Positions 55,978-64,000 of a DNA stretch of 64,000 nucleotides are shown here, in pieces. How positions within the stretch are numbered: position 1 is the first letter of the stretch; every line of letters begins with the position of its first letter. The position numbers were made by a program, and so were the translations under genes. The notes under the pieces are model-generated. The model did not search any database. It was given only the letters and a program-made list of their open reading frames with translations, and was not told where the DNA came from. Location of the stretch: positions 82,605-146,604 of IMG/VR virus record IMGVR_UViG_3300017917_002108. One strand, given 5' to 3'. The stretch is from a virus.

Positions 55978-58280
55978 TATGCTAACATGCTCCCTGAGTT
56001 CTGAGTAGCTGGATCATCTGTTGGAGTAGTTTTTTCAGGTTCGTTCTTAGATGTATCGTACATGATTTGATTAAGTTTATTAACAGCTTCTTGACCTGCA
56101 TAATCAAGGGCTTGGTTGACCTGACGTGCTAGATCAAGTGTCTGGGTAAACGTTCCATTACTAAATTTATTTTCTACACTTTTCACATGATAAATCCCGC
56201 TGAAAGGTGTGACAGTTCCACCATTGGGGAAATTATACAAACCTCCCTGACCTTTAACCCCTAGATTTGGTTCTAAAGGATTTCTCCACGTGATATAAAC
56301 AAAAATCTGACTGCCTTCCCAATTCATAGTTCCGTCTGAGGTTATCTGTGAGTTAGGTCCGTATTCTGCTAGGTAGTTAGAATTTATTCCGCTATCGCTG
56401 AGAAAATAAGGATCTCCCAGTATGTCAATTTTGACACTGGTCATTTCTGCGCTAGATGCAAATGATTTATTAAATGCATCTGCCACAATTTGTTCTACAG
56501 TTTTTTCGCCGCTATATGAAGGTGCTGTTAATTTAGGATCTGGTTTAACTGGTGGAGAACCGTTTTGGCTAGTAGGCGGTGCTGTTCCAGCAACTATCAC
56601 AGCTTTTTTGTTAGCTTCTAGCGCAGAATTCTGAATGTCTGAATTAGAAACCTTATCGTTCTGCTGCGGTGGTCTAGGCATAATACCTGTATAGAACATT
56701 CCGTTAAATGTTAAATCAAATCTTATAATATCATTATTCTGTCCTGTATACAAATAGTCATATCTCTTGCATATGATTTTTTCTAATTTGTCTTGTCCAG
56801 AAGCCGGAGTGGTGGGATTTTGATAATTAGTTGCGCTGACTTTAAAAGGTACGACTCTATAGATAAATTTCTTAGCTCTTACGTTTCTTATAGAATCAAA
56901 ATCAAGCAGTTGTATTTGTACATCTATCCTGAACCAATCGACCATACCATCTTTGATATTCTCACCTTTAAGACTCTTTATACAATACTCTGAAGCCGAC
57001 ACGATATATTTTATGATTTCTGTGATTTTAGCTCCCTGCGGAAATTGAATTTCTCTCTGTTTAGGGTCTATGGTCATTCTATCTCTAACTATACGTCCTG
57101 TGGCCTCATCTATAATATCTCCTTCTAGTTTAAAATTATAGTTTCCGCCCGAGGTGGCTGAAAATCCCATACTGGCCGATCCTATTACTCCTTGCCCAAA
57201 AGTTTCTGCTGCGGCTTCTCTGGCCTGTACTGCTATACGCTGGGTAGCTGGTTTTTTAGGATCTGCCATAGCTTTGAGAACTTCAGCAGATGCACCACCG
57301 TCTAGTCCTACCGGATCCGATGCGTCGATAGGAAATACAACTTCATATAAATCCGGTATTGCTGCCAGTCCGTTATCAACATTTTTTATCTGTAATTGAT
57401 TGAGTGCAACAATAAGACTCTGCGGACCTGAAGATAGAACTTCAGATACTTTCATTCCAGTTAATTTTAAATCAGTCGGTATGTTATTAATAACATCACT
57501 GAAACCTTGATGATGAAAAGGTGCAGCTTCCACCTTATATTTGCTGCCGCCTTCATTAACTGTAAATTCAGTTTTTGTTATTTTAATTGTAAAATATTTT
57601 GATAATGCATCTGAACCAGAAAATACAGCACCGCTGTCTTGGTAACCCAAGAACTCTAATTTTAAAAGGTACGGTGTATCATTTAGGTAAGAAGGATAGC
57701 CTGCATTAATTGCCGCAGCTTGCAGACTTTGCAAAAATAATCCTAGTGAGTATGGTTCATATATTTCAAAAGAAAAACTAGAAACATTGGTATTACCGGT
57801 TTTGGCTGATCCGCCCAATTGAGCCTGCATAACAAAGTTATCTACAAAATACTCAGGGGTTCCGTATTCAGTTTTTACCCGTTGGCTGTCATATCTACCT
57901 GCAGAAGAAAAAACCACATTTTTCATTGCTGCAGGATTGCCTCTATATGTCGAAGGATCGTTGAACTGACTAGGTTCTAAACAACAAAGAGTCCATAAAG
58001 GTACATAAGAAGCAAACTGTTCTAAGACATTTTCGTAAGGAGGTCCACCGACTGGTTTTTTGAATCCAAAAGTTTTTATTGCCAGAGTCTTGGCTGCATC
58101 TTGGATAATTTTATCCGGGCTTGCTGGATTTATGGTTGCTGCCGAACCGTTGCTTTGACCTGTGATAGCCTGAGCGGCACCTTGTATGATATTAGGTACT
58201 GTGGGTATATCTAATATAGGCCTTCCCGAAGGCATCAAAAGATTTCCTACTGTTTGTCCTATGTCTCTAAATATTGACAT
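55977..58280 (-). CDS. baseplate hub protein (gp27-like by synteny)
   Basis: ~767 aa; I.GDP.F and FSG.Y.V..VEN.F..G.FTQTL motif typical of hub proteins; start revised to ATG 58280. Confidence 0.6.
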   Translation of the reverse strand: MSIFRDIGQTVGNLLMPSGRPILDIPTVPNIIQGAAQAITGQSNGSAATINPASPDKIIQDAAKTLAIKTFGFKKPVGGPPYENVLEQFASYVPLWTLCCLEPSQFNDPSTYRGNPAAMKNVVFSSAGRYDSQRVKTEYGTPEYFVDNFVMQAQLGGSAKTGNTNVSSFSFEIYEPYSLGLFLQSLQAAAINAGYPSYLNDTPYLLKLEFLGYQDSGAVFSGSDALSKYFTIKITKTEFTVNEGGSKYKVEAAPFHHQGFSDVINNIPTDLKLTGMKVSEVLSSGPQSLIVALNQLQIKNVDNGLAAIPDLYEVVFPIDASDPVGLDGGASAEVLKAMADPKKPATQRIAVQAREAAAETFGQGVIGSASMGFSATSGGNYNFKLEGDIIDEATGRIVRDRMTIDPKQREIQFPQGAKITEIIKYIVSASEYCIKSLKGENIKDGMVDWFRIDVQIQLLDFDSIRNVRAKKFIYRVVPFKVSATNYQNPTTPASGQDKLEKIICKRYDYLYTGQNNDIIRFDLTFNGMFYTGIMPRPPQQNDKVSNSDIQNSALEANKKAVIVAGTAPPTSQNGSPPVKPDPKLTAPSYSGEKTVEQIVADAFNKSFASSAEMTSVKIDILGDPYFLSDSGINSNYLAEYGPNSQITSDGTMNWEGSQIFVYITWRNPLEPNLGVKGQGGLYNFPNGGTVTPFSGIYHVKSVENKFSNGTFTQTLDLARQVNQALDYAGQEAVNKLNQIMYDTSKNEPEKTTPTDDPATQNSGSMLA

Positions 58281-58281
58281 A

Positions 58282-58581
58282 TTAGACCCCAATAAACTTT
58301 TCTAGGTTTGATTTTTTAGGACAATATATAGCAACTCCAGGTTCGAAATCATAAATTGGATCTCGTAAGACATCCATATTCCTCTGCACAAATACCCACC
58401 ACAGCTCTGAATTTCCATAGAGATCGTAGGCTAAAAGATCTGGTCTATGTCTGTATTGTCCTTCGATAATATATCTAAAATCATCAGCTTCGGCAGGCAC
58501 CGGACGAATTGTTAATAATTCTAAGTAAAGGTTATTTTGTTTGGTAGCAAAAAAAGGTGATGTTCTTTTATAGGTAGCCAT
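58282..58581 (-). CDS. baseplate wedge subunit gp53-like (LysM-like)
   Basis: RPDLLAYDLYG..ELWWVF...N. Confidence 0.75.
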   Translation of the reverse strand: MATYKRTSPFFATKQNNLYLELLTIRPVPAEADDFRYIIEGQYRHRPDLLAYDLYGNSELWWVFVQRNMDVLRDPIYDFEPGVAIYCPKKSNLEKFIGV

Positions 58582-58582
58582 A

Positions 58583-59686
58583 TTATAGATATCCTACAGT
58601 TTTGCCGGCCGCATAATCATTTAGACTAAACTTACGTAATTTTGTTCTATTGTATATGGGCGCCACGGTTACAGAAATAGTGCTCATGATAGGAACCCAG
58701 GTATTGGCACCGTCAATATTACATTTGATATAATTTACATCGTCTTTGAAATCTACACTGAAACTTTTGATAATCACTGGTACTGAATTAAAAACTCTAG
58801 CACCATAGCCAGTTAGATTGCATATAATAGGAGGATTACCTACATTAGGACCTTGGCCAAAAAACATCTTGGTGGCTGTTCGTAGGAAAGTGGTACCTTG
58901 TATCCAATACTGAGCGTCTAATTCGCTTTCAACTGAAAACTCTCCGCTGATTTGTATATCGTCTATTTGACTGTTCTTGTAGGCATAGAAAGGTTGCATA
59001 TTATGTACTGGATCTATCTGCGTATAATTAGCTTTACTGGCTACTGTGATTGTTGGTAAGTATGGCCAAACAAATCCGTTGGTGGCTGATAATCTAGAAA
59101 ATGCCGAGCCGAATAATCCAAAATTACAATTCAGTTTAACACGCCAGTCGTCGGCCGTGCCCGGTTTTACTTCAACAAAGGCACCTTGTTGATTAAATAA
59201 CTCTGCACCGCTGGGCAAGTTTTTTCCTCTAGCCACACTCAAAAGATTGTTAATCATTCCTGCTGCAGAAGATATGCCTGTGGCAAGTTGAGCTAGACCA
59301 CCGCCCAGACCACCGCTGGCCAAACCTAATTTGTTTAAACTTGCACCTATAGCAGCACCGGCATTACTGACCGCACCAGCAACTCCTCCAAGAGATCCTA
59401 GTGCGCTGGTACCACCTGTGGCATTTGATGCTAGACTCTGTATAGGATTTCCTACACTGCCTAATGCTGTTTTTGCCTGCCCCATCATTGTATTAGCGGC
59501 AGCAGTGGCACCGTTTAGACCGCTGCCGAGTTCTCCGCTTAATCTGCCCACTGTTGCATCTACATTAGCTTTTAATGCTGCCGTATCAACTCCGGCCAAA
59601 GCAGTTTTAGCAGACTCTGCTGCAGAACCAACTTGGGATGATACGCTGTTGACTAGTTTAGCCAGAGGATTAATAGATAACGCCAT
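58583..59686 (-). CDS. tail tube initiator / baseplate cap-like protein (gp48/gp54-like) with Ala/Gly-rich N-terminus
   Basis: First gene of baseplate operon; C-terminal PY.P.I, PP...L.GYG, VPV.I.SF.V. Confidence 0.55.
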   Translation of the reverse strand: MALSINPLAKLVNSVSSQVGSAAESAKTALAGVDTAALKANVDATVGRLSGELGSGLNGATAAANTMMGQAKTALGSVGNPIQSLASNATGGTSALGSLGGVAGAVSNAGAAIGASLNKLGLASGGLGGGLAQLATGISSAAGMINNLLSVARGKNLPSGAELFNQQGAFVEVKPGTADDWRVKLNCNFGLFGSAFSRLSATNGFVWPYLPTITVASKANYTQIDPVHNMQPFYAYKNSQIDDIQISGEFSVESELDAQYWIQGTTFLRTATKMFFGQGPNVGNPPIICNLTGYGARVFNSVPVIIKSFSVDFKDDVNYIKCNIDGANTWVPIMSTISVTVAPIYNRTKLRKFSLNDYAAGKTVGYL

Positions 59687-59712
59687 TTTGACAAAATTTT
59701 CCTATTTTACTC

Positions 59713-59719
59713 TATTTAT
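59713..59719 (-). promoter_or_regulatory. T4-like late promoter (aATAAATA) heading the tail operon
   Basis: In divergent intergenic region, upstream of AGGA RBS and ATG 59686. Confidence 0.65.
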
Positions 59720-59767
59720 TCTTGACAAAATGTGCTACTATATTAACTATTGGAGAATACTGAGTAT

Positions 59768-60604
59768 ATGACAGAACAAAAAATAAAATATCTAACAAAT
59801 AAGGATTTATTAAGAGAAATACACCTAAGTAAAAATACCTACTGTTCATACAAAGACCCTGTTCATTCTGACTACGATATCATACTTCCTAGTCTAGAAA
59901 AAATTAATATCAGGACTATAGCAGAAGCCAAAAGAAATAAAGCCACTAAGCTAGGAAAACAGGCCCACGAGGCCGCACAGAAAACAGGAAAAAAGACTTC
60001 TGCTAAAGAACATGAAGTAGATTATAAAAAGATTTCTAAACAGGATCTGGTATTTAGAATTATGACTTTTGAACATATACCGTTAGCGCCTGGTAGGAAA
60101 AAAACTTTGAAAAATACCGCAGACAGTCACGACAAAGTAAACTTTCCTCCTTTCCAACATTGGATATTTGACGAAAACAATAATCTCGTATGTGTTGGTA
60201 AGAGCCATTGGAAAGGTGATCTAGACAAAGGTAATTTTTCTAAGGATCATGGACAAATGACCAATAACCTCGCCCGCATGTTTTTGAAACTCTGCGAGCG
60301 TTATGCTACTAGAGGTAACGTCAGAGGATACACTTACAATGACGAAATGCGTGGTCAAGCCATTCTTCAACTAACTCAAATAGGACTACAATTCGATGAG
60401 TCAAAATCAGATAATCCTTTTGCTTACTATACTGCTGCTGTTACTAATTCATTCGTTAGAATTATCAACATTGAAAAGCGTAATCAAAACATTAGAGACG
60501 ATATTCTAGAAATGAACGGTATGAATCCAAGTTGGACTAGGCAGAATAGCACCGGAGGAGGGGCAGTTAATACTGCTCCCGTTGACGGTAGCGATTGGGA
60601 TTGA
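59768..60604 (+). CDS. gp55: late-transcription sigma factor (T4 gp55-like) with a large insertion
   Basis: YLTNKDLL; RGYTYNDEM...FDESKSDNPFAYYT....NSF.RII..EK; start revised to ATG 59768. Confidence 0.85.
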   Translation: MTEQKIKYLTNKDLLREIHLSKNTYCSYKDPVHSDYDIILPSLEKINIRTIAEAKRNKATKLGKQAHEAAQKTGKKTSAKEHEVDYKKISKQDLVFRIMTFEHIPLAPGRKKTLKNTADSHDKVNFPPFQHWIFDENNNLVCVGKSHWKGDLDKGNFSKDHGQMTNNLARMFLKLCERYATRGNVRGYTYNDEMRGQAILQLTQIGLQFDESKSDNPFAYYTAAVTNSFVRIINIEKRNQNIRDDILEMNGMNPSWTRQNSTGGGAVNTAPVDGSDWD

Positions 60605-60629
60605 TATATTAGATTATAAGTGTTATAAT
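60601..60629 (+). promoter_or_regulatory. sigma70-type promoter for gp47/gp46
   Basis: TTGATA(60601-60606)-17 bp-TATAAT(60624-60629), extended TG, ATG 5 nt downstream. Confidence 0.75.
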
Positions 60630-60634
60630 AAACT

Positions 60635-61645
60635 ATGAATCTATTCAAGAAAGTAGCATGCTTCACGGATATCCATTTTGGTCTAAAGTCCGGTAGTAGA
60701 ACTCACAATATAGACTGTGAAGAATTTGTCAAATGGTTCTGTGAGACCGCACGAGCAGAGGGGTGTGAAACCGCAATATTTCTAGGAGACTGGCACCATA
60801 ATCGGTCAACGACTGATGTCAGTACTATGAATTATACGGTCAGTAATCTAGAAAGATTAAGCCAAAGTTTTGAACGTGTGTATTTCATCCTGGGCAATCA
60901 TGATTTATTTTATAAGGACAAGCGAGAAATCAATTCTATCGAATTCATGCGCCTGTTTCCTAATATCATTCCAATCAAGGATACATTAACACAGGGTGAC
61001 GTGACCATAATGCCATGGTTAGTAGCGGATGAGTGGAAAAACATACCCGATATAAAGAGTCGTTATATTTTTGGACACTTAGAATTGCCCAGCTTTTATA
61101 TGAATGCCATGGTTCAGATGCCTGACCACGGTCAGCTACAACGAACACACTTTGTAAATCAAGACTTTGTATTCACCGGCCACTTCCACAAAAGACAAAG
61201 GGCAGGCAATATCATATACATCGGCAATGCATTTCCGCACAATTATGCAGATGCGGGCGACGACGAAAGAGGAATGATGATCCTCGAATGGGGTGGAGAA
61301 CCCGAATATCGCACATGGCCTGGCCAACCCGTATACAGACTTTATAAACTAAGTCAGATCATTGATCGACCAGACGAATTGCTGCGAGAAAAAATGCACT
61401 GTCGTGTAACTATCGATCTTCCTATAACATTTGAGGAAGCAAATTTCATCAAAGAACAATTTGTTCCTCAATATAATCTACGTGAACTAATGCTGATTCC
61501 TGAAAAAGTAGAAATCGAAACAGCACAGGTAGCAGTAGATATTCAATTTGAAAGCGTCGATACTATTGTACTGAATCAAATCAATGCTATTGAAAGTGAT
61601 ACCTACGATAAAGGACTATTGGTAGACATTTATAAAGAATTATGA
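60635..61645 (+). CDS. gp47: recombination nuclease, Mre11/SbcD-like (T4 gp47)
   Basis: DIHFG, GDWHH, GNHD, GHL, GHFH metallophosphoesterase motifs. Confidence 0.92.
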   Translation: MNLFKKVACFTDIHFGLKSGSRTHNIDCEEFVKWFCETARAEGCETAIFLGDWHHNRSTTDVSTMNYTVSNLERLSQSFERVYFILGNHDLFYKDKREINSIEFMRLFPNIIPIKDTLTQGDVTIMPWLVADEWKNIPDIKSRYIFGHLELPSFYMNAMVQMPDHGQLQRTHFVNQDFVFTGHFHKRQRAGNIIYIGNAFPHNYADAGDDERGMMILEWGGEPEYRTWPGQPVYRLYKLSQIIDRPDELLREKMHCRVTIDLPITFEEANFIKEQFVPQYNLRELMLIPEKVEIETAQVAVDIQFESVDTIVLNQINAIESDTYDKGLLVDIYKEL

Positions 61646-63420
61646 TTAAGATCAAGAATCTAACTGTAAGAAATTTTATGAGCGTGGGTAATCAAACCCA
61701 GGCCATCGACTTCGACCGTGGTCAATTGACTCTAGTCTTAGGTGAAAATCTAGATCTAGGAGGTGATGATTCTGGGGCTCGCAACGGCACGGGCAAAACA
61801 ACTATCATCAATGGCTTGAGTTATGCGATCTACGGTCAAGCCTTAACCAACATCAAACGAGATAATCTTATTAATAAGATTAACAGCAAAGGTATGTTGG
61901 TTACTGTGACCTTTGAAAAGGACGGAGTTGAGTATCATATAGAAAGAGGACGTAAGCCTAATCTATTAAAGTTCTCAATCAACGGTGAAGAACAAGAACT
62001 CAAAGATCTCGACGAAAGCCAAGGTGATTCTCGAGAAACTCAAAAATCAATTGAAGAAGTATTTTCAATGAGTCACGAAATGTTCAAGCATCTAGTAGCG
62101 TTGAACACCTATACAGAACCTTTTCTAAGTATGAAGGCCAGTGATCAGAGATCGATCATTGAACAGCTATTAGGTATCACACAATTATCAGAAAAAGCAG
62201 AGCATCTTAAAGAGCAAATTAAATTCACAAAAGATGCGATCTCTACAGAAAATACAAGAATAGAAACTGTAAAAGCTTCTAACGATCGTATACAACAAAG
62301 CATTGAAGCACTTGAAAGAAAACAACGTATCTGGGAAGATCAAAAAGAATCTTCTCTAGAAAATCTTAGAAAAAGCATAGACAGACTCAACAATATTGAC
62401 ATTGATCAAGAGATTAACAATCAAAAAAATCTCACAGAATGGTCAAAAAACAAAAAAGAAAAAGACAACCTCACTGCGCTGATCGCTAAACAGGTTGCTG
62501 CACTTGAAAAAGAGCAACGTCTATTAGAAAAACTTGAAAAAGAATTAGTCAGCTTGGCAGAGCACAAATGTCATGCCTGCGGACAGGACATTCATGACCA
62601 TAAACATGAAGATATGCTTGCGACCAAATCTAAACAGGTCGAAGACAGCATGACTTCTGTCAAAGAACATGAACTAGAACTGGCAGATCTAAACGAAGCT
62701 CTAAAGCTATTGGGCGAGCTAGGAGCATGTCCTAGCGTTATATATAATACTCTAGAAGAAGCTCTGAATCATAAAAACACCTTAGACGGTCTAGAAAGAG
62801 ATTTGATCATCAAAGAAGCCGAAGCGAATCCATATGCCGAGCAGATTGACGAGCTGCGCAAGACGGCAGTACAAGAGATCGATTGGAATTCTGTAAACGA
62901 ATTAACTAGGATCAAAGATCATCAAGAGTTCCTGCATAAATTACTGACCAATAAAGATAGTTTTGTACGTAAACGCATCATAGATCAAAATCTAGCGTTC
63001 TTAAATCAACGATTGACCTACTATCTAGACAAAATAGGACTTCCGCACATCGTAGAATTCCAAAATGATCTAACAGTGATTATTACACAACTGGGTCAGG
63101 ATCTAGATTTTGATAATCTCAGTCGAGGAGAACGTAATAGGCTAATACTTTCATTAAGTTGGGCATTTAGAGATGTATGGGAAAATCTATATCAAAGCAT
63201 CAACCTGTTATTCATCGACGAACTGGTCGATTCAGGTATGGATGCCAGTGGTGTAGAGTCTAGTATCGCTGTATTGAAACGCATGACCAGAGAGCGAGAT
63301 AAGAACGTTTTCTTAATTAGTCATAGAGACGATTTAACTAACCGTGTAAACCATGTGCTGAAAGTCATTAAAGAAAATGGGTTCACTAGTTACAGCAATG
63401 ACGTGGAGATTTTAGCGTGA
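61642..63420 (+). CDS. gp46: recombination ATPase, Rad50/SbcC-like (T4 gp46)
   Basis: NFMSVGN, Walker A NGTGKTT, coiled coil with CHAC zinc hook, LSRGE, LLFIDE, ISH. Confidence 0.93.
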   Translation: MIKIKNLTVRNFMSVGNQTQAIDFDRGQLTLVLGENLDLGGDDSGARNGTGKTTIINGLSYAIYGQALTNIKRDNLINKINSKGMLVTVTFEKDGVEYHIERGRKPNLLKFSINGEEQELKDLDESQGDSRETQKSIEEVFSMSHEMFKHLVALNTYTEPFLSMKASDQRSIIEQLLGITQLSEKAEHLKEQIKFTKDAISTENTRIETVKASNDRIQQSIEALERKQRIWEDQKESSLENLRKSIDRLNNIDIDQEINNQKNLTEWSKNKKEKDNLTALIAKQVAALEKEQRLLEKLEKELVSLAEHKCHACGQDIHDHKHEDMLATKSKQVEDSMTSVKEHELELADLNEALKLLGELGACPSVIYNTLEEALNHKNTLDGLERDLIIKEAEANPYAEQIDELRKTAVQEIDWNSVNELTRIKDHQEFLHKLLTNKDSFVRKRIIDQNLAFLNQRLTYYLDKIGLPHIVEFQNDLTVIITQLGQDLDFDNLSRGERNRLILSLSWAFRDVWENLYQSINLLFIDELVDSGMDASGVESSIAVLKRMTRERDKNVFLISHRDDLTNRVNHVLKVIKENGFTSYSNDVEILA

Positions 63421-63647
63421 GCACCGAATCACACGACAAGATGATCGAAGCTTTCCAGCAGTATTTTAAATGGCAGGATCGTTTTGAGTATAGAAAATCA
63501 GATGAGGCAGGTATAAAGGCACGTTACTGGCTATCAGAAATACGCAATGAGGCATCAAAAAGACGAGTAGAAATACAGGCAAAACGCAAAGAACGAAAAA
63601 AAGCCAAGAAAGGCATACTAGGCAGGCCGCCCAAGGTAACTAAATGA
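63417..63647 (+). CDS. small basic hypothetical protein
   Basis: 76 aa, GTGA overlap, Lys/Arg-rich C-terminus. Confidence 0.65.
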   Translation: MSTESHDKMIEAFQQYFKWQDRFEYRKSDEAGIKARYWLSEIRNEASKRRVEIQAKRKERKKAKKGILGRPPKVTK

Positions 63648-64000
63648 GTGCAATGGACATATCAAAATCAATCTTTACTAGAAATCCCCGAAGGCTATAT
63701 CGGATTCGTTTATCTAATCACTAATCTCACCACCGGACAAAAGTACATAGGCAAGAAACTAGCACAGTTCAAACGTACTAAACCACCACTCAAAGGCAAA
63801 AAACTTAAACGTAGATCCGTAGTAGAAAGCGATTGGCGCGACTATTGGGGCTCTTCTGATAGGTTAAACGCAGATGTCCAACAATTAGGTCCGGAAAACT
63901 TCACCAGAGAAATACTTTATCTTTGCAAATCTAAGGCAGAAATGTCATATCTTGAGGCTAGAGAGCAGTTTGAGCGCAGAGTTTTAGAAACAGACGACTA
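63648..64000 (+). CDS. GIY-YIG nuclease-family protein (Seg-like), truncated by window edge
   Basis: Manual translation from GTG 63648: MQWTYQN...GFVYLITN...KYIGKK...DWRDYWGSS...NFTREIL. Confidence 0.75.
   Translation, partial: MQWTYQNQSLLEIPEGYIGFVYLITNLTTGQKYIGKKLAQFKRTKPPLKGKKLKRRSVVESDWRDYWGSSDRLNADVQQLGPENFTREILYLCKSKAEMSYLEAREQFERRVLETDD

Noticed and set aside
28487-59771. Numerous plus-strand ORFs antisense to structural genes (e.g. 28872-29372, 55220-55606, 59331-59771)
   Set aside because: Shadow ORFs from codon bias in Gly/Ala/Thr-rich genes; no motifs or RBS
1-64000. CRISPR array, tRNA/rRNA genes, IS elements, diversity-generating retroelement
   Set aside because: Intergenic gaps are all under about 85 bp; no nucleotide repeat arrays, cloverleafs, transposase or reverse transcriptase motifs seen
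1-64000. Stop-codon reassignment (alternative genetic code)
   Set aside because: Genes are full-length and tile densely under the standard code, including a 4585-aa ORF
63648-64000. Mobile homing endonuclease or intron
   Set aside because: Free-standing, truncated by the window edge and not interrupting a gene, so mobility cannot be supported

Overview
This window is part of a large T4-like (myovirus-type) dsDNA phage genome, densely coding in the standard genetic code. Block 1 (+ strand, 1-14275) starts with the end of a sliding-clamp-like gene. It continues with a 7-deazaguanine DNA-modification cluster: a TGT/DpdA-like transglycosylase, a QueD-like T-fold protein with an LxxxHRHxF motif, FolE and QueE. 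Interleaved with these are a GT-B glycosyltransferase, an MBD4-like DNA glycosylase, a cupin, a purine PRTase, a HIT hydrolase, two SGNH-like proteins and a dCMP deaminase, followed by RNase H. Block 2 (+ strand, 14281-21895) holds small genes behind T4-like late promoters, running into four tandem radical SAM enzymes. Block 3 (- strand, 59686-21882) is a late tail/baseplate operon (gp53-, gp5-, gp25- and gp6-like genes, a 4585-aa protein, four paralogous fibre genes). It ends in a four-glycosyltransferase cassette that meets the radical SAM array tail-to-tail. Block 4 (+ strand) has the gp55 late sigma factor, gp47/gp46 and a partial GIY-YIG gene. The best candidates for undescribed biology are (a) a late-expressed radical SAM plus glycosyltransferase system, possibly modifying the virion surface, and (b) a QueC-less deazaguanine pathway with an embedded glycosyltransferase, possibly giving a hypermodified base. 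Hairpins overlapping late promoters and leaderless-mRNA promoter geometry are also visible. All family calls come from reading motifs by eye; no database searches were run.
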